Below are positions 46,232-54,499 of a stretch of 64,000 nt of DNA, one piece after another. The notes below the pieces were generated by a model. The model was not told where the DNA came from. It saw nothing but the letters and a program-made list of their open reading frames with translations, and did not search any database. A program made the translations under genes and the position numbers. The stretch is from an uncultured Candidatus Saccharibacteria bacterium (GTDB lineage: Bacteria > Patescibacteriota > Saccharimonadia > Saccharimonadales > JALRHH01). The DNA is taken from the NCBI GenBank assembly GCA_964559915.1, contig CAZLJP010000002.1, positions 2,423 to 66,422 of the forward strand, given 5' to 3'. Position 1 is the stretch's first letter, and every line of letters begins with the position of its first letter.

Positions 46232-46260
46232 TTGCAAAAATCGAGTTGGTGGCATGAAAT
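46232..46260 (+). promoter_or_regulatory. promoter TTGCAA-N17-TGAAAT with upstream GCTTATGC, 6 nt before the ATG
   Basis: Read directly; leaderless geometry. Confidence 0.4.
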
Positions 46261-46266
46261 AGTTGC

Positions 46267-46665
46267 ATGCAATCTTTTGAGACAACATTTGTACTAAGAG
46301 TTTCCCAATTAGACACCACTGGCGTGGGCTGTTTCGCTTTAGACCCCCTACAAGAAGGGATGCGCCTGCACCTTCCTCATGACACGAGCACAAATCGGAT
46401 ACTCGCCATTGATGAGATACCTGACACGCATTTGAAGTACTGCCCGCGGCTTGAATCAGGCTATTTCCTGGCGCCTGCTAATTTTGCAATGATGTCTATC
46501 TTTTGGTATATCAACCACGATAAAAATCCCAATATTGTTACTGAGAAATGGCGCCTGTTTACCGCACGCGACATTGAACCAGGAGAGGAGTTGACTATGT
46601 ATTACCCAGACTTATTAACACACCCCAAGAACAAAGCATGGGTGATTCCAGAGCTACATATTTAA
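46267..46665 (+). CDS. SET domain protein (putative lysine methyltransferase)
   Basis: 132 aa; YINHDKNPN (NHSxxPN-like) and GEELTMYY (ELxxDY-like) motifs. Confidence 0.6.
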   Translation: MQSFETTFVLRVSQLDTTGVGCFALDPLQEGMRLHLPHDTSTNRILAIDEIPDTHLKYCPRLESGYFLAPANFAMMSIFWYINHDKNPNIVTEKWRLFTARDIEPGEELTMYYPDLLTHPKNKAWVIPELHI

Positions 46666-46688
46666 ATTTGCATATGTTATTCGAATTA

Positions 46689-46717
46689 TGGCCTCTGTTA
46701 TGGGGGTCTTTTTGTTT
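46689..46717 (+). terminator. rho-independent terminator
   Basis: Stem GGCCTC/GGGGTC (with G.U pairs), loop TGTTAT, then TTTTTGTTTG. Confidence 0.55.
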
Positions 46718-46738
46718 GTCCTGGTATGATTAGTAGTA

Positions 46739-47521
46739 ATGGTTACGCAAAAACAGGGTTTACTCAGTAATTCTCGGTTCTATATCTTGGTGTTTTCGGC
46801 ACTGCTGAGTATAAGCGCCTTTGCATACCTACGGCTGCATATATCCAGTGACCAACTTTTCTACATACGCAGTCAGCAAGTCTTTGGATTGCTGTGTATT
46901 ATCTATTGGTATCTGGCCCTGATCATCTCACCAATTGGCTATATAGTCGGCAAGCAACGCACCAAACATCTTGAGTTTTCACGACGGGCAATTGGTGTTT
47001 CGGCTTTTTATTTTGCGTTTTTGCATGGAGTAGTTGCCCTGTGGGGGCAACTTGGCGGTATTGGTCAGCTGCAATATCTGCCATCATTGTTCAGGTGGTC
47101 ATTACTCGGAGGCCTGATAGCCTTCTTGGTGCTATCAATTATGGCTGCAACCTCTTTTGACAAAGTGGTCAGCTATATGACCTTCAAACGCTGGAAATTA
47201 CTGCATCGTCTGGTGTATATCGGTGGGGTGCTGGTTATTCTGCATATCTGGACGATTGGGACGCATCTGGCATATTGGGGCGTACAACTGGCGGCGTTTA
47301 TTGCACTGGCCATCCTAGCCGGGCTGGAGCTGTTTCGGATAAGCAAGGTATCAAAGCGGCTACTACAGCTAGACAAGGCACAAATGTTTATCTTGTTCAT
47401 TTCATTGTGGCTTGCAGTCGTATTTTTGATTTTCTCTATTCCGACTTTTGTGCAGAATTATCACAGCAAACACACTAGTCACAATGGCTCCCACAGTGGT
47501 AGCGGGGGGCACCACCAATGA
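46739..47521 (+). CDS. ferric-reductase-like transmembrane (heme-b, MsrQ/YedZ-type) protein with a His-rich tail
   Basis: 260 aa; 6 TM segments with conserved His pairs (FLHGVVAL; LHRLVYIGGVLVILH); C-terminal HSKHTSHNGSHSGSGGHHQ; TATGAT box 8 nt before the ATG. Confidence 0.6.
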   Translation: MVTQKQGLLSNSRFYILVFSALLSISAFAYLRLHISSDQLFYIRSQQVFGLLCIIYWYLALIISPIGYIVGKQRTKHLEFSRRAIGVSAFYFAFLHGVVALWGQLGGIGQLQYLPSLFRWSLLGGLIAFLVLSIMAATSFDKVVSYMTFKRWKLLHRLVYIGGVLVILHIWTIGTHLAYWGVQLAAFIALAILAGLELFRISKVSKRLLQLDKAQMFILFISLWLAVVFLIFSIPTFVQNYHSKHTSHNGSHSGSGGHHQ

Positions 47522-48039
47522 AAAAACTCCTGATGGGCCTGGTGATGAGTCTTTTTATTTTGCTTCCAGCTACCCCAGCAGCTGCACATGTACTGGTAAC
47601 GGATGAGTCGCATACCAAGGGTGCGATTATTCATATTATGCCCGATGACGACCCAATTGCAGGCCAGCAAAGCACACTCTACTTTGATACGCAGTCAAAC
47701 TTCACCAGCAATGACAGCGTGTCACTCACGATTACCGATGCTGCTGGTAACAAACGAGCAGTTACTGCAAGCACCGAGGGCTCGCTGGCAACAGCCAGCT
47801 ATACCTTCCCCGTACAGGGTGTATACGACCTGCAGTTCGTGGTGAAGCTTGGCGATAAGTCATATGTCTATAATCAATCACAGCGCGTATCACGGGGCAC
47901 AAGTACCAGCGCACTAGATGCACCCAACTATGACTGGGCTGAGATGCTACTCATTGCAAGCATGTTAGGTTTTGCGGTGCTGAGTATCCTGGTGTTTAAT
48001 AACCATAGAGACATCGTCAAGCACAGCAAGTTCAAGTGA
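47518..48039 (+). CDS. secreted, C-terminally anchored CopC-like copper-binding protein (tentative)
   Basis: 173 aa; signal peptide ending AAA|H gives an N-terminal His; beta-rich domain; C-terminal TM segment; ATGA overlap with the upstream gene. Confidence 0.4.
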   Translation: MKKLLMGLVMSLFILLPATPAAAHVLVTDESHTKGAIIHIMPDDDPIAGQQSTLYFDTQSNFTSNDSVSLTITDAAGNKRAVTASTEGSLATASYTFPVQGVYDLQFVVKLGDKSYVYNQSQRVSRGTSTSALDAPNYDWAEMLLIASMLGFAVLSILVFNNHRDIVKHSKFK

Positions 48040-48074
48040 TATACTAAGCAGCGATAAGCATGAACGGAGCGTGT

Positions 48075-48719
48075 ATGAACCTAGTATCTAGGGCGAACAA
48101 ACTATCACTAATCGGATTACTTGCGAGTGTCCTTGCATTAATTTTTAGCGCTACCGCATCTGCTCATGTAACCGTTAAGCCTGCTGAGGTTGTAACTGCA
48201 GGATTCCAAACATTCACTATTGGTGTACCAAACGAGAAAAATATCCCCACAACCGGTATTAAGCTAACTATTCCTGATGGCCTGAAGCACGTATCACCAA
48301 CTCAGAAGGCTGGCTGGGAGATACAGATCGAGAAGCAGGGTGAAGGCGAATCAGCCGTTGTAAAATCAATCACTTGGACGGGCGCTGTTAATGCTGGCTT
48401 TAGAGATGAGTTTACCTTTAGTGCACAGGTACCCGAAAAACCTACTGACCTGCAATGGAAGGCTTACCAAACGTATGCTGACGGTACGGTTGTTTCATGG
48501 GATAAGTCAGGTGACAGTGGCCACGATGACGAAGACAGTAACTCTGGCCCATTCTCCGTCACCAAGGTTGTACCCGTAGCTAGTCAAGAGAATGCTCAGC
48601 AAAGAGTTGAGTCTGTTGCAGCTGATGCAAAGAAAACCGCTGACCGCTCGCTATATATGGGAGTTGCCGGTATCTTAGTAGGCCTCGTTGCTCTGGCGGC
48701 CGCTACTCGCAAAAAATAG
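48075..48719 (+). CDS. YcnI (DUF1775) family copper-binding protein, C-terminally anchored
   Basis: Signal peptide ending ASA|HVTVKP, FTIGVPNE and ITWTG motifs, C-terminal TM segment plus RKK; the track start at 48060 is also possible. Confidence 0.7.
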   Translation: MNLVSRANKLSLIGLLASVLALIFSATASAHVTVKPAEVVTAGFQTFTIGVPNEKNIPTTGIKLTIPDGLKHVSPTQKAGWEIQIEKQGEGESAVVKSITWTGAVNAGFRDEFTFSAQVPEKPTDLQWKAYQTYADGTVVSWDKSGDSGHDDEDSNSGPFSVTKVVPVASQENAQQRVESVAADAKKTADRSLYMGVAGILVGLVALAAATRKK

Positions 48720-48814
48720 TAACCATAAATATACACAGAGTATAGAGTAGTGGCCTACCTAGTAGCCAAGAAAACAGCGGCAAATAGCACCACACCTGTG
48801 GTACCATAAGAGAT

Positions 48815-49180
48815 ATGGAACAAGAGAGAGCAACAGCACTTGAGGCTACTTTTGAAAGCTTGAGTGATACCGAGCTAATTGATCAATTTTATGTAAGTGA
48901 AGGCAATCCTGTGATTGGCAAAGAATTAGCTGTAAGGATTTTTGCTCATGCAAACTTCACAGATGACCCAAACACGACGCCACTCATCGGACGGGATGGC
49001 AAGCAAGTTGTCCAGGCAGGTCAACCGCTTGTCTTAAGTGACTATGTTAATTTTGCTGTCACGCATCATTTTGACGCAGTTGAAGGTATTCTAGACTTTC
49101 TAAGGATGAAGTCTGGCACGCAAGACTATGAAACAGTACGTCAGAGTGTCGTAGGGCGGTTACGGGCCGACGGGGCTTAG
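48815..49180 (+). CDS. hypothetical protein
   Basis: 121-aa ORF; no family recognised. Confidence 0.5.
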   Translation: MEQERATALEATFESLSDTELIDQFYVSEGNPVIGKELAVRIFAHANFTDDPNTTPLIGRDGKQVVQAGQPLVLSDYVNFAVTHHFDAVEGILDFLRMKSGTQDYETVRQSVVGRLRADGA

Positions 49181-49207
49181 TAACGTTAAGTAGGGTGGAC
49201 AATGTAA

Positions 49208-50527
49208 ATGCCTGAACAGACTCAAGCCCTGGTGGAACATGATCAGTTAGACGGCATACAAATCTCGTCCGAGATTCCACCTTCGCATGATGGCTTTGAT
49301 ATTAATCCAGAGGCTATAACCAAAGAAGGCTTGGTTAAAGCGTGTGCTAAGTTTCGTGAAATTGCCGAAAGTAACCCTAAACTAGCAGAAAAGATGGCAG
49401 AGCAAGCGATTGAATCGGTAAAAGAACGAGCTGCGATGCGGGAAGAGAATATAGACGAAGGTGCGATAAAAAAGCGCCAGTGGTCATCAATGAGCGAGCG
49501 CGGCAAGCAAAAGGCTCAGCCCGAGGCGAAACAAGAGCCTGAAAAAATTCAGCCGGCAGAGAAACGAGTGTCCGAAAATACGGTGAAGCCAGAACCAATT
49601 AAAAAGACTACCGCTGAAGAATATCCCATAGAACCAGTCATAAGTGCTACTGAAATAACCATACCTATACAGCAAGATGTAGTTATGCTGACGCACCAAG
49701 CCGAGGCCACACGGCAACGTATCGAGATACTTAAAAACAGCAAAACTATGGAACGAGTGAAATCTGTATTAAAAGAAGATGTAGTATATGACAAGACCAA
49801 GGCACGGATAATTACCGACAGTAAGCCTGTCATAGAAACAACCGAAAGTTCCGCCCCAGCCACGACGCCCGAACAGGACATAGCAGCATCAGTAGAGACA
49901 GAGCAGATGGTGGTAAATGTTGCTGAAGAAAATGCTGAACAAATTTCTGACCAAAACGTGCAGGATACAGAGCATGCCATAGATGTAGGGGAGCCAGAAT
50001 TTGGGATACTAGAAATTCATCAATCAGAAACACTATTAGGCATCCCAGAGCTAATCGATAGCGAGGAAATTGTAGATGATGAGTCTGTGCCCATAATAAC
50101 AAGGACCGTAACCGAGCGACTCAGTGAGCTTCCGCTAGCGGAAAAAGAATCCACCGGAATACTTATCGCAGACATGGTGGAAGCAGTACAGACCATACAG
50201 AAGCTACAGTTACAGGAAGCCACACAAGTACTGGCTGAGGCTCAGCAAGTCGAGTTAGAAGAAATGATTGTGAGCCTGTTTGGGCAACTAAGCATAAAAT
50301 ACAAGCCAGAGGATATCAAACAGTTTATGGCCGCTCTGGGGCAGCCAGATGTGCAACGGGCAATTATTGAGGGCACACCTATAGACAAGCTTGGCTTAGA
50401 ACATCTAGGAACACATGAAGCCAAGCACAGGTTTGGCAAAATGATGCGAACAATGACCGAAGACGTGGAGCGCGACATCAAACAGCTCCTGGGCGTTTTG
50501 GCACTCCTGCAAACAGCCAACGGATAA
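49208..50527 (+). CDS. hypothetical highly acidic (Glu-rich) protein
   Basis: 439-aa uninterrupted ORF; all overlapping antisense track ORFs are shorter; no family recognised. Confidence 0.55.
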   Translation: MPEQTQALVEHDQLDGIQISSEIPPSHDGFDINPEAITKEGLVKACAKFREIAESNPKLAEKMAEQAIESVKERAAMREENIDEGAIKKRQWSSMSERGKQKAQPEAKQEPEKIQPAEKRVSENTVKPEPIKKTTAEEYPIEPVISATEITIPIQQDVVMLTHQAEATRQRIEILKNSKTMERVKSVLKEDVVYDKTKARIITDSKPVIETTESSAPATTPEQDIAASVETEQMVVNVAEENAEQISDQNVQDTEHAIDVGEPEFGILEIHQSETLLGIPELIDSEEIVDDESVPIITRTVTERLSELPLAEKESTGILIADMVEAVQTIQKLQLQEATQVLAEAQQVELEEMIVSLFGQLSIKYKPEDIKQFMAALGQPDVQRAIIEGTPIDKLGLEHLGTHEAKHRFGKMMRTMTEDVERDIKQLLGVLALLQTANG

Positions 50528-50780
50528 CCTACTCGACGACTGGCAATGCCTCGACAGGCAGTTCAAGTATATTTACAGGTCGTTTAATCTGTTGAAATTT
50601 ATAGTATTTGATTGGCATGCCGTGGTATCAAACACCCGATAATAATGAGGGGAATCAATGGTTTCGCCCCTAAAATTCTTGGCTGAGGTAGGCTGATTGA
50701 TTCGCCTGATAATCCAACCATCCGGTTGTTGTTCTAGAATTCATTTAATCTTGGGATAGTGGTTAAAAACCATGTTCGTA

Positions 50781-51398
50781 TTATGACCGAGCATCAGAAT
50801 GCAGACAATACGCACCCACGACTATCATCCAAATGGTTTGCGGATAAGCAACGAATCGTTCCATTCCACCCAGACCAACCCCAAGATATGTTTGTGACAT
50901 AAATAGTACTAGAGCCGCAAGTCCTACGAAACCACTTAGATAGCTATAGTATCTGAGCCACCGAGGCAGTCGCAGCTGAGTGGCCAGCAATAGTATTGCA
51001 ATATTGCCCAATGTGAATGGTAGTACAGCTCCAGCACCATGTATAAAGCCGATAGTGTTTTCTGGGTATAGGCCTACTATCATTGTCCCAAAGCCGGCAG
51101 CTATCATAGCGGCAAATCCTGCTTGGCTCTTACGACTCTTATGTATGGCTTTGTATAAAAATACGGCTCCCAGTAATTGCGTCGTTCCTAGAGTAAAAAA
51201 TGAAACGTTCATCCATGTGTGCATTGGCGAACAAACATATCTATCACCAAAAACCGCACACGCAGTATTGCCCAAATCACTAATAGTATTGTGCGCCAGA
51301 CTAAATTGCCCAACATATGCTTTGGCAACGAGTATCTGAACCACAAAATACTGAGTACACAGTATCCAGAGTAGTGAGCCAGTAAACTTAGCTTTCAT
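50781..51398 (-). CDS. DUF998 family integral membrane protein
   Basis: 205 aa; 6 TM segments; NTISDLG motif typical of DUF998. Confidence 0.6.
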   Translation of the reverse strand: MKAKFTGSLLWILCTQYFVVQILVAKAYVGQFSLAHNTISDLGNTACAVFGDRYVCSPMHTWMNVSFFTLGTTQLLGAVFLYKAIHKSRKSQAGFAAMIAAGFGTMIVGLYPENTIGFIHGAGAVLPFTLGNIAILLLATQLRLPRWLRYYSYLSGFVGLAALVLFMSQTYLGVGLGGMERFVAYPQTIWMIVVGAYCLHSDARS

Positions 51399-51478
51399 AG
51401 ATGTCCATTACTAACTTGGTATGGCCAGACAGAGTAGAATAATGGCCAAACTAATGTGTGCAATTGGATGTATCTCGC

Positions 51479-52468
51479 TCATGCATTCAGCTTTTGTTTG
51501 TGCCAGTCAGGGTACGCCTCATCAACATAATTTCGCATAGCTAGCGCAGCAGTAACACCCTCACCTACAGAACAGGCAATTTGCCAGGTTGAGCCACTGC
51601 GTACATCGCCCGCCACAAACACACCGGGCAGATGCGTCTGCAGGTCTACATCCGACAGTACAAAGCCTCGTTCGTCCAGCCCTAAATCTTTCATGCCATG
51701 GCTATTAGGCAAGAGTCCTATAAACACAAAAATGCCATCAGCCTCGTAGTTGTGTGCTTCATTGTCATGTTGTGCGGCGATAGTAATGGGCCCGTGCGGC
51801 TCAGACTTGGCTATACTTTGAACCGCTACATTGTATATAACCTTGATATGCGGTTCTTTGGCGATAGCTTCTTGCAACACTTCGCTGCCAGTCAGCTCAT
51901 CACCACGCACCAAGATGGTAACCGAGTCTGCGAAACGAGCTATAAATAGACTCTCTTGCAGAGCAGAGTTACCGCTACCGATGACTACAACATTCTTAGC
52001 CTTGTATAACGGTGCATCGCAGGTTGCACAAAAGTGTATACCACGGCCAATCAGTTCTTGCTCACCAGGAACGTTTAATTGACGATAAGTCGAGCCAGTT
52101 GTTACCACCACGCTCTTAGCGCTAAATAGTGCATCAGGTGTCTGGACCAAAGACAGACCATCGTCTGTTTTAGTAATGCCAGTTACTTCATAAAAATTTA
52201 CGCACTCTGCTCCAAAGCGTTCTGCCTGGGCAACCATCTCGTCTATAAGCTCGCGCCCACTAACGCCCTTGCTAAAACCGGGGTAGTTGTCTATGGTTTC
52301 AGTGATGGCGGCCATGCCACCAAATGCTCCTTTTTCCAGCAGTAATGTCTTCATACCTTCGCGGGCAGTGTAGACGGCCGCCGACAATCCAGCCGGGCCA
52401 CCCCCAACAATTATTGCATCATACACAATCTCGGTGCTTGGCTCTGGTGTTGCCATACTAGATTCCAA
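51479..52468 (-). CDS. trxB: thioredoxin-disulfide reductase
   Basis: 329 aa; FAD GGGPAG, redox CATC, NADPH GSGNSA, C-terminal GDV motif. Confidence 0.93.
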   Translation of the reverse strand: MESSMATPEPSTEIVYDAIIVGGGPAGLSAAVYTAREGMKTLLLEKGAFGGMAAITETIDNYPGFSKGVSGRELIDEMVAQAERFGAECVNFYEVTGITKTDDGLSLVQTPDALFSAKSVVVTTGSTYRQLNVPGEQELIGRGIHFCATCDAPLYKAKNVVVIGSGNSALQESLFIARFADSVTILVRGDELTGSEVLQEAIAKEPHIKVIYNVAVQSIAKSEPHGPITIAAQHDNEAHNYEADGIFVFIGLLPNSHGMKDLGLDERGFVLSDVDLQTHLPGVFVAGDVRSGSTWQIACSVGEGVTAALAMRNYVDEAYPDWHKQKLNA

Positions 52469-52706
52469 GTGCTAGCTTGAACTTGCCTTGGTCAAAGCCT
52501 AAGATTTTAGTCATAGACTTATCATCTGCCGTAATGACCGTAAACGGCACGCCGATGCTGCCATCGTTGACCGACATGAATTCCATCATGGCAGCAGCGT
52601 CTTCGTCGGTATTTTTTTTGGTATACGGTACTTGCTGTTTGTCGAGCCATGAGGTCACAAGGTGACAGGTGGCACAGGTAGTAGTTGAGTAAATAGTTAC
52701 GTTCAT
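52458..52706 (-). CDS. NrdH/glutaredoxin-like redoxin
   Basis: 82 aa; CATC active site and a thioredoxin-fold pattern; overlaps the trxB start. Confidence 0.75.
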   Translation of the reverse strand: MNVTIYSTTTCATCHLVTSWLDKQQVPYTKKNTDEDAAAMMEFMSVNDGSIGVPFTVITADDKSMTKILGFDQGKFKLALGI

Positions 52707-52723
52707 TGGGGTTCTCCTTTTAT

Positions 52724-54424
52724 TTATGATCCAAATGTAAATGCATTGAGTTCTACGCCGTCAGGCACAGTCAGTTCAATGGTGCCGTCGCTACGGAATT
52801 TGCCATAGTCAACCAGGCGATACAACTTAAACTCGCTGACCGTCACCGCGCTTTGTTTGACGTCAGACCCGGCTGCGCCCTCGGTGCTGATTGGCTGGCC
52901 GTTGAGCTGCACCATTACCTGGGCCGGAGTAGAGGAGCCCATCACCAGATAGACATCCTTGGCTGAAACATGGAACCGCAGCGTACTATTGCCACGAGCA
53001 ATAATATTCTTGTCACGAACCTCCCACGTACCGCCTAATGTCCAGAAATTCTTAGGTAAGTCTGCTGCAGGGGTAAAGGTCTGAGTAGGCGCCGCTGCTA
53101 GGGCTTTATCGTTCTGGAAGTTACTTGCCCGGACTTTGCCCAGATATGTTTCTGGTGTCTGGCCACTGGTTATCGGCACTGCATCTTTACTGACTGTCAT
53201 ATCGTTGCCAAGGCTGGCACCGTTTTCACGCAGCAGTGCTCGGATAGCCTGCTCAGTCTCTTTGTACTCGCCCTCGCCCTCATGAATACGCCGGACCTTG
53301 CCTTCGGCATCAATCAGATAACCCGCAGGCCACGAACGGTTTTGGAACGCATTCCAGGTAGCAAAATCATTATCAAGTGCTATCGGGTAGGGCAGCCCTT
53401 GGTCCTTGGCAGCTTTGCGAACATTGTCTACGTTTTTCTCGAAGGCAAACTCTGGAGCGTGCACGCCTACTATGACAAAACCTTTGTCTTTATACGTGTT
53501 ATACCAGTCTACGAGGTATGGATTATTCCGGATACAGTTGATACAGCTATACGTCCAAAAGTCTACAAGCACCACTTTGCCTTTAAGGTCGGCCTTGGTA
53601 AGCGGCTTACTATTTATCCAGTCGTTTAGTCCCACAAACTCGGGGGCATCATATGGTTCTGCCACGTTAAGCGTTTCTTCGTTTGTCTTACGACCATCTG
53701 GCAGTAGCTTAGTACTGAGGCTATCAAAATTAAATGGGGTATGTGTCGACACATATGTCTGGAATTTTTTATCATAGCCGGTAAAGATAAGAATACCGAT
53801 GATGATGAACAGTATAGCTATTGTGCGCTGGAACCAACCCTTGGGATTGCTCGCAAATTTAATCTTGGAGACAAAACGCTGTCCATAGTAGCCGATGGGC
53901 AGTAGCACAGCACCAAGCCCAATGATGTAGGCAATGATGTAAGCCATAGCCTCAAAAAAGTTAACAGGCAGTACGGTTGCCAAAATGTAGGCGTACACCG
54001 GGCTACAACTACTAAAGACGGGCCCTAAGGCCGCGCCAATAATAATTGGGCCGGTGTACTTATTCTTATTCTGGTAGCCTTTGCTCAATGAGCCAATCGC
54101 GCGCTGTTCTATACCAAGCCTCGCAATAACCCTGGCATATATAGTGGGGAACAGCGTCAACGTACCGAGCGCAATAATGATAGCACCAGAAACATAGGTG
54201 AATGTTTGTGGTGGGATATCAATCAGCAGGGTAGTGGCCTTGAGAAGTAATGTGAAGGTTAGTAGTGATACGGCCAACGACGCCACAATTATGAGTGGTC
54301 GTTTGCGGTCCTTAGTATCGCCACTCACCGAACCACCAATAATAATCGGAAGCAGGGCAAGCACACATGGTGCGAGCACGGTCAGTGCTCCTGCGATTAA
54401 TGATCCAATGAGTAGTAGCAACAT
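52724..54424 (-). CDS. DipZ-like fusion: CcdA/DsbD-type thiol-disulfide transporter, thioredoxin-like domain and C-terminal beta domain
   Basis: 566 aa; N-terminal TM domain with Cys in TM1 (APCVLALLP) and SSCSPVY; periplasmic WTYSCINC redoxin motif. Confidence 0.8.
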   Translation of the reverse strand: MLLLLIGSLIAGALTVLAPCVLALLPIIIGGSVSGDTKDRKRPLIIVASLAVSLLTFTLLLKATTLLIDIPPQTFTYVSGAIIIALGTLTLFPTIYARVIARLGIEQRAIGSLSKGYQNKNKYTGPIIIGAALGPVFSSCSPVYAYILATVLPVNFFEAMAYIIAYIIGLGAVLLPIGYYGQRFVSKIKFASNPKGWFQRTIAILFIIIGILIFTGYDKKFQTYVSTHTPFNFDSLSTKLLPDGRKTNEETLNVAEPYDAPEFVGLNDWINSKPLTKADLKGKVVLVDFWTYSCINCIRNNPYLVDWYNTYKDKGFVIVGVHAPEFAFEKNVDNVRKAAKDQGLPYPIALDNDFATWNAFQNRSWPAGYLIDAEGKVRRIHEGEGEYKETEQAIRALLRENGASLGNDMTVSKDAVPITSGQTPETYLGKVRASNFQNDKALAAAPTQTFTPAADLPKNFWTLGGTWEVRDKNIIARGNSTLRFHVSAKDVYLVMGSSTPAQVMVQLNGQPISTEGAAGSDVKQSAVTVSEFKLYRLVDYGKFRSDGTIELTVPDGVELNAFTFGS

Positions 54425-54499
54425 TTGTTAGGCCCTCCAGGGAATTTTATGGTGCTGGCTGCACTAAATTGTGCAGCCAGCTAATTGGTCTCTCTAGAA

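Larger units (their letters stand above)
37747..46717. mobile_element. putative degraded accessory island adjoining tRNA-Asn (no integrase detected)
   Basis: Exact 20-nt duplicate of the tRNA 3' end, five further diverged copies of a tRNA-3'-like motif, short lineage-unusual genes each with its own promoter and terminator, and two long non-coding stretches. Confidence 0.4.

Noticed and set aside
50528-50780. A 250-bp gap between convergent genes, examined for small RNAs or ORFs.
   Set aside because: Only weak hairpins were found (TGCCT/AGGCA; TGGTT/AACCA) and a 13-codon ORF. Nothing rises above what is expected for convergent terminator regions.
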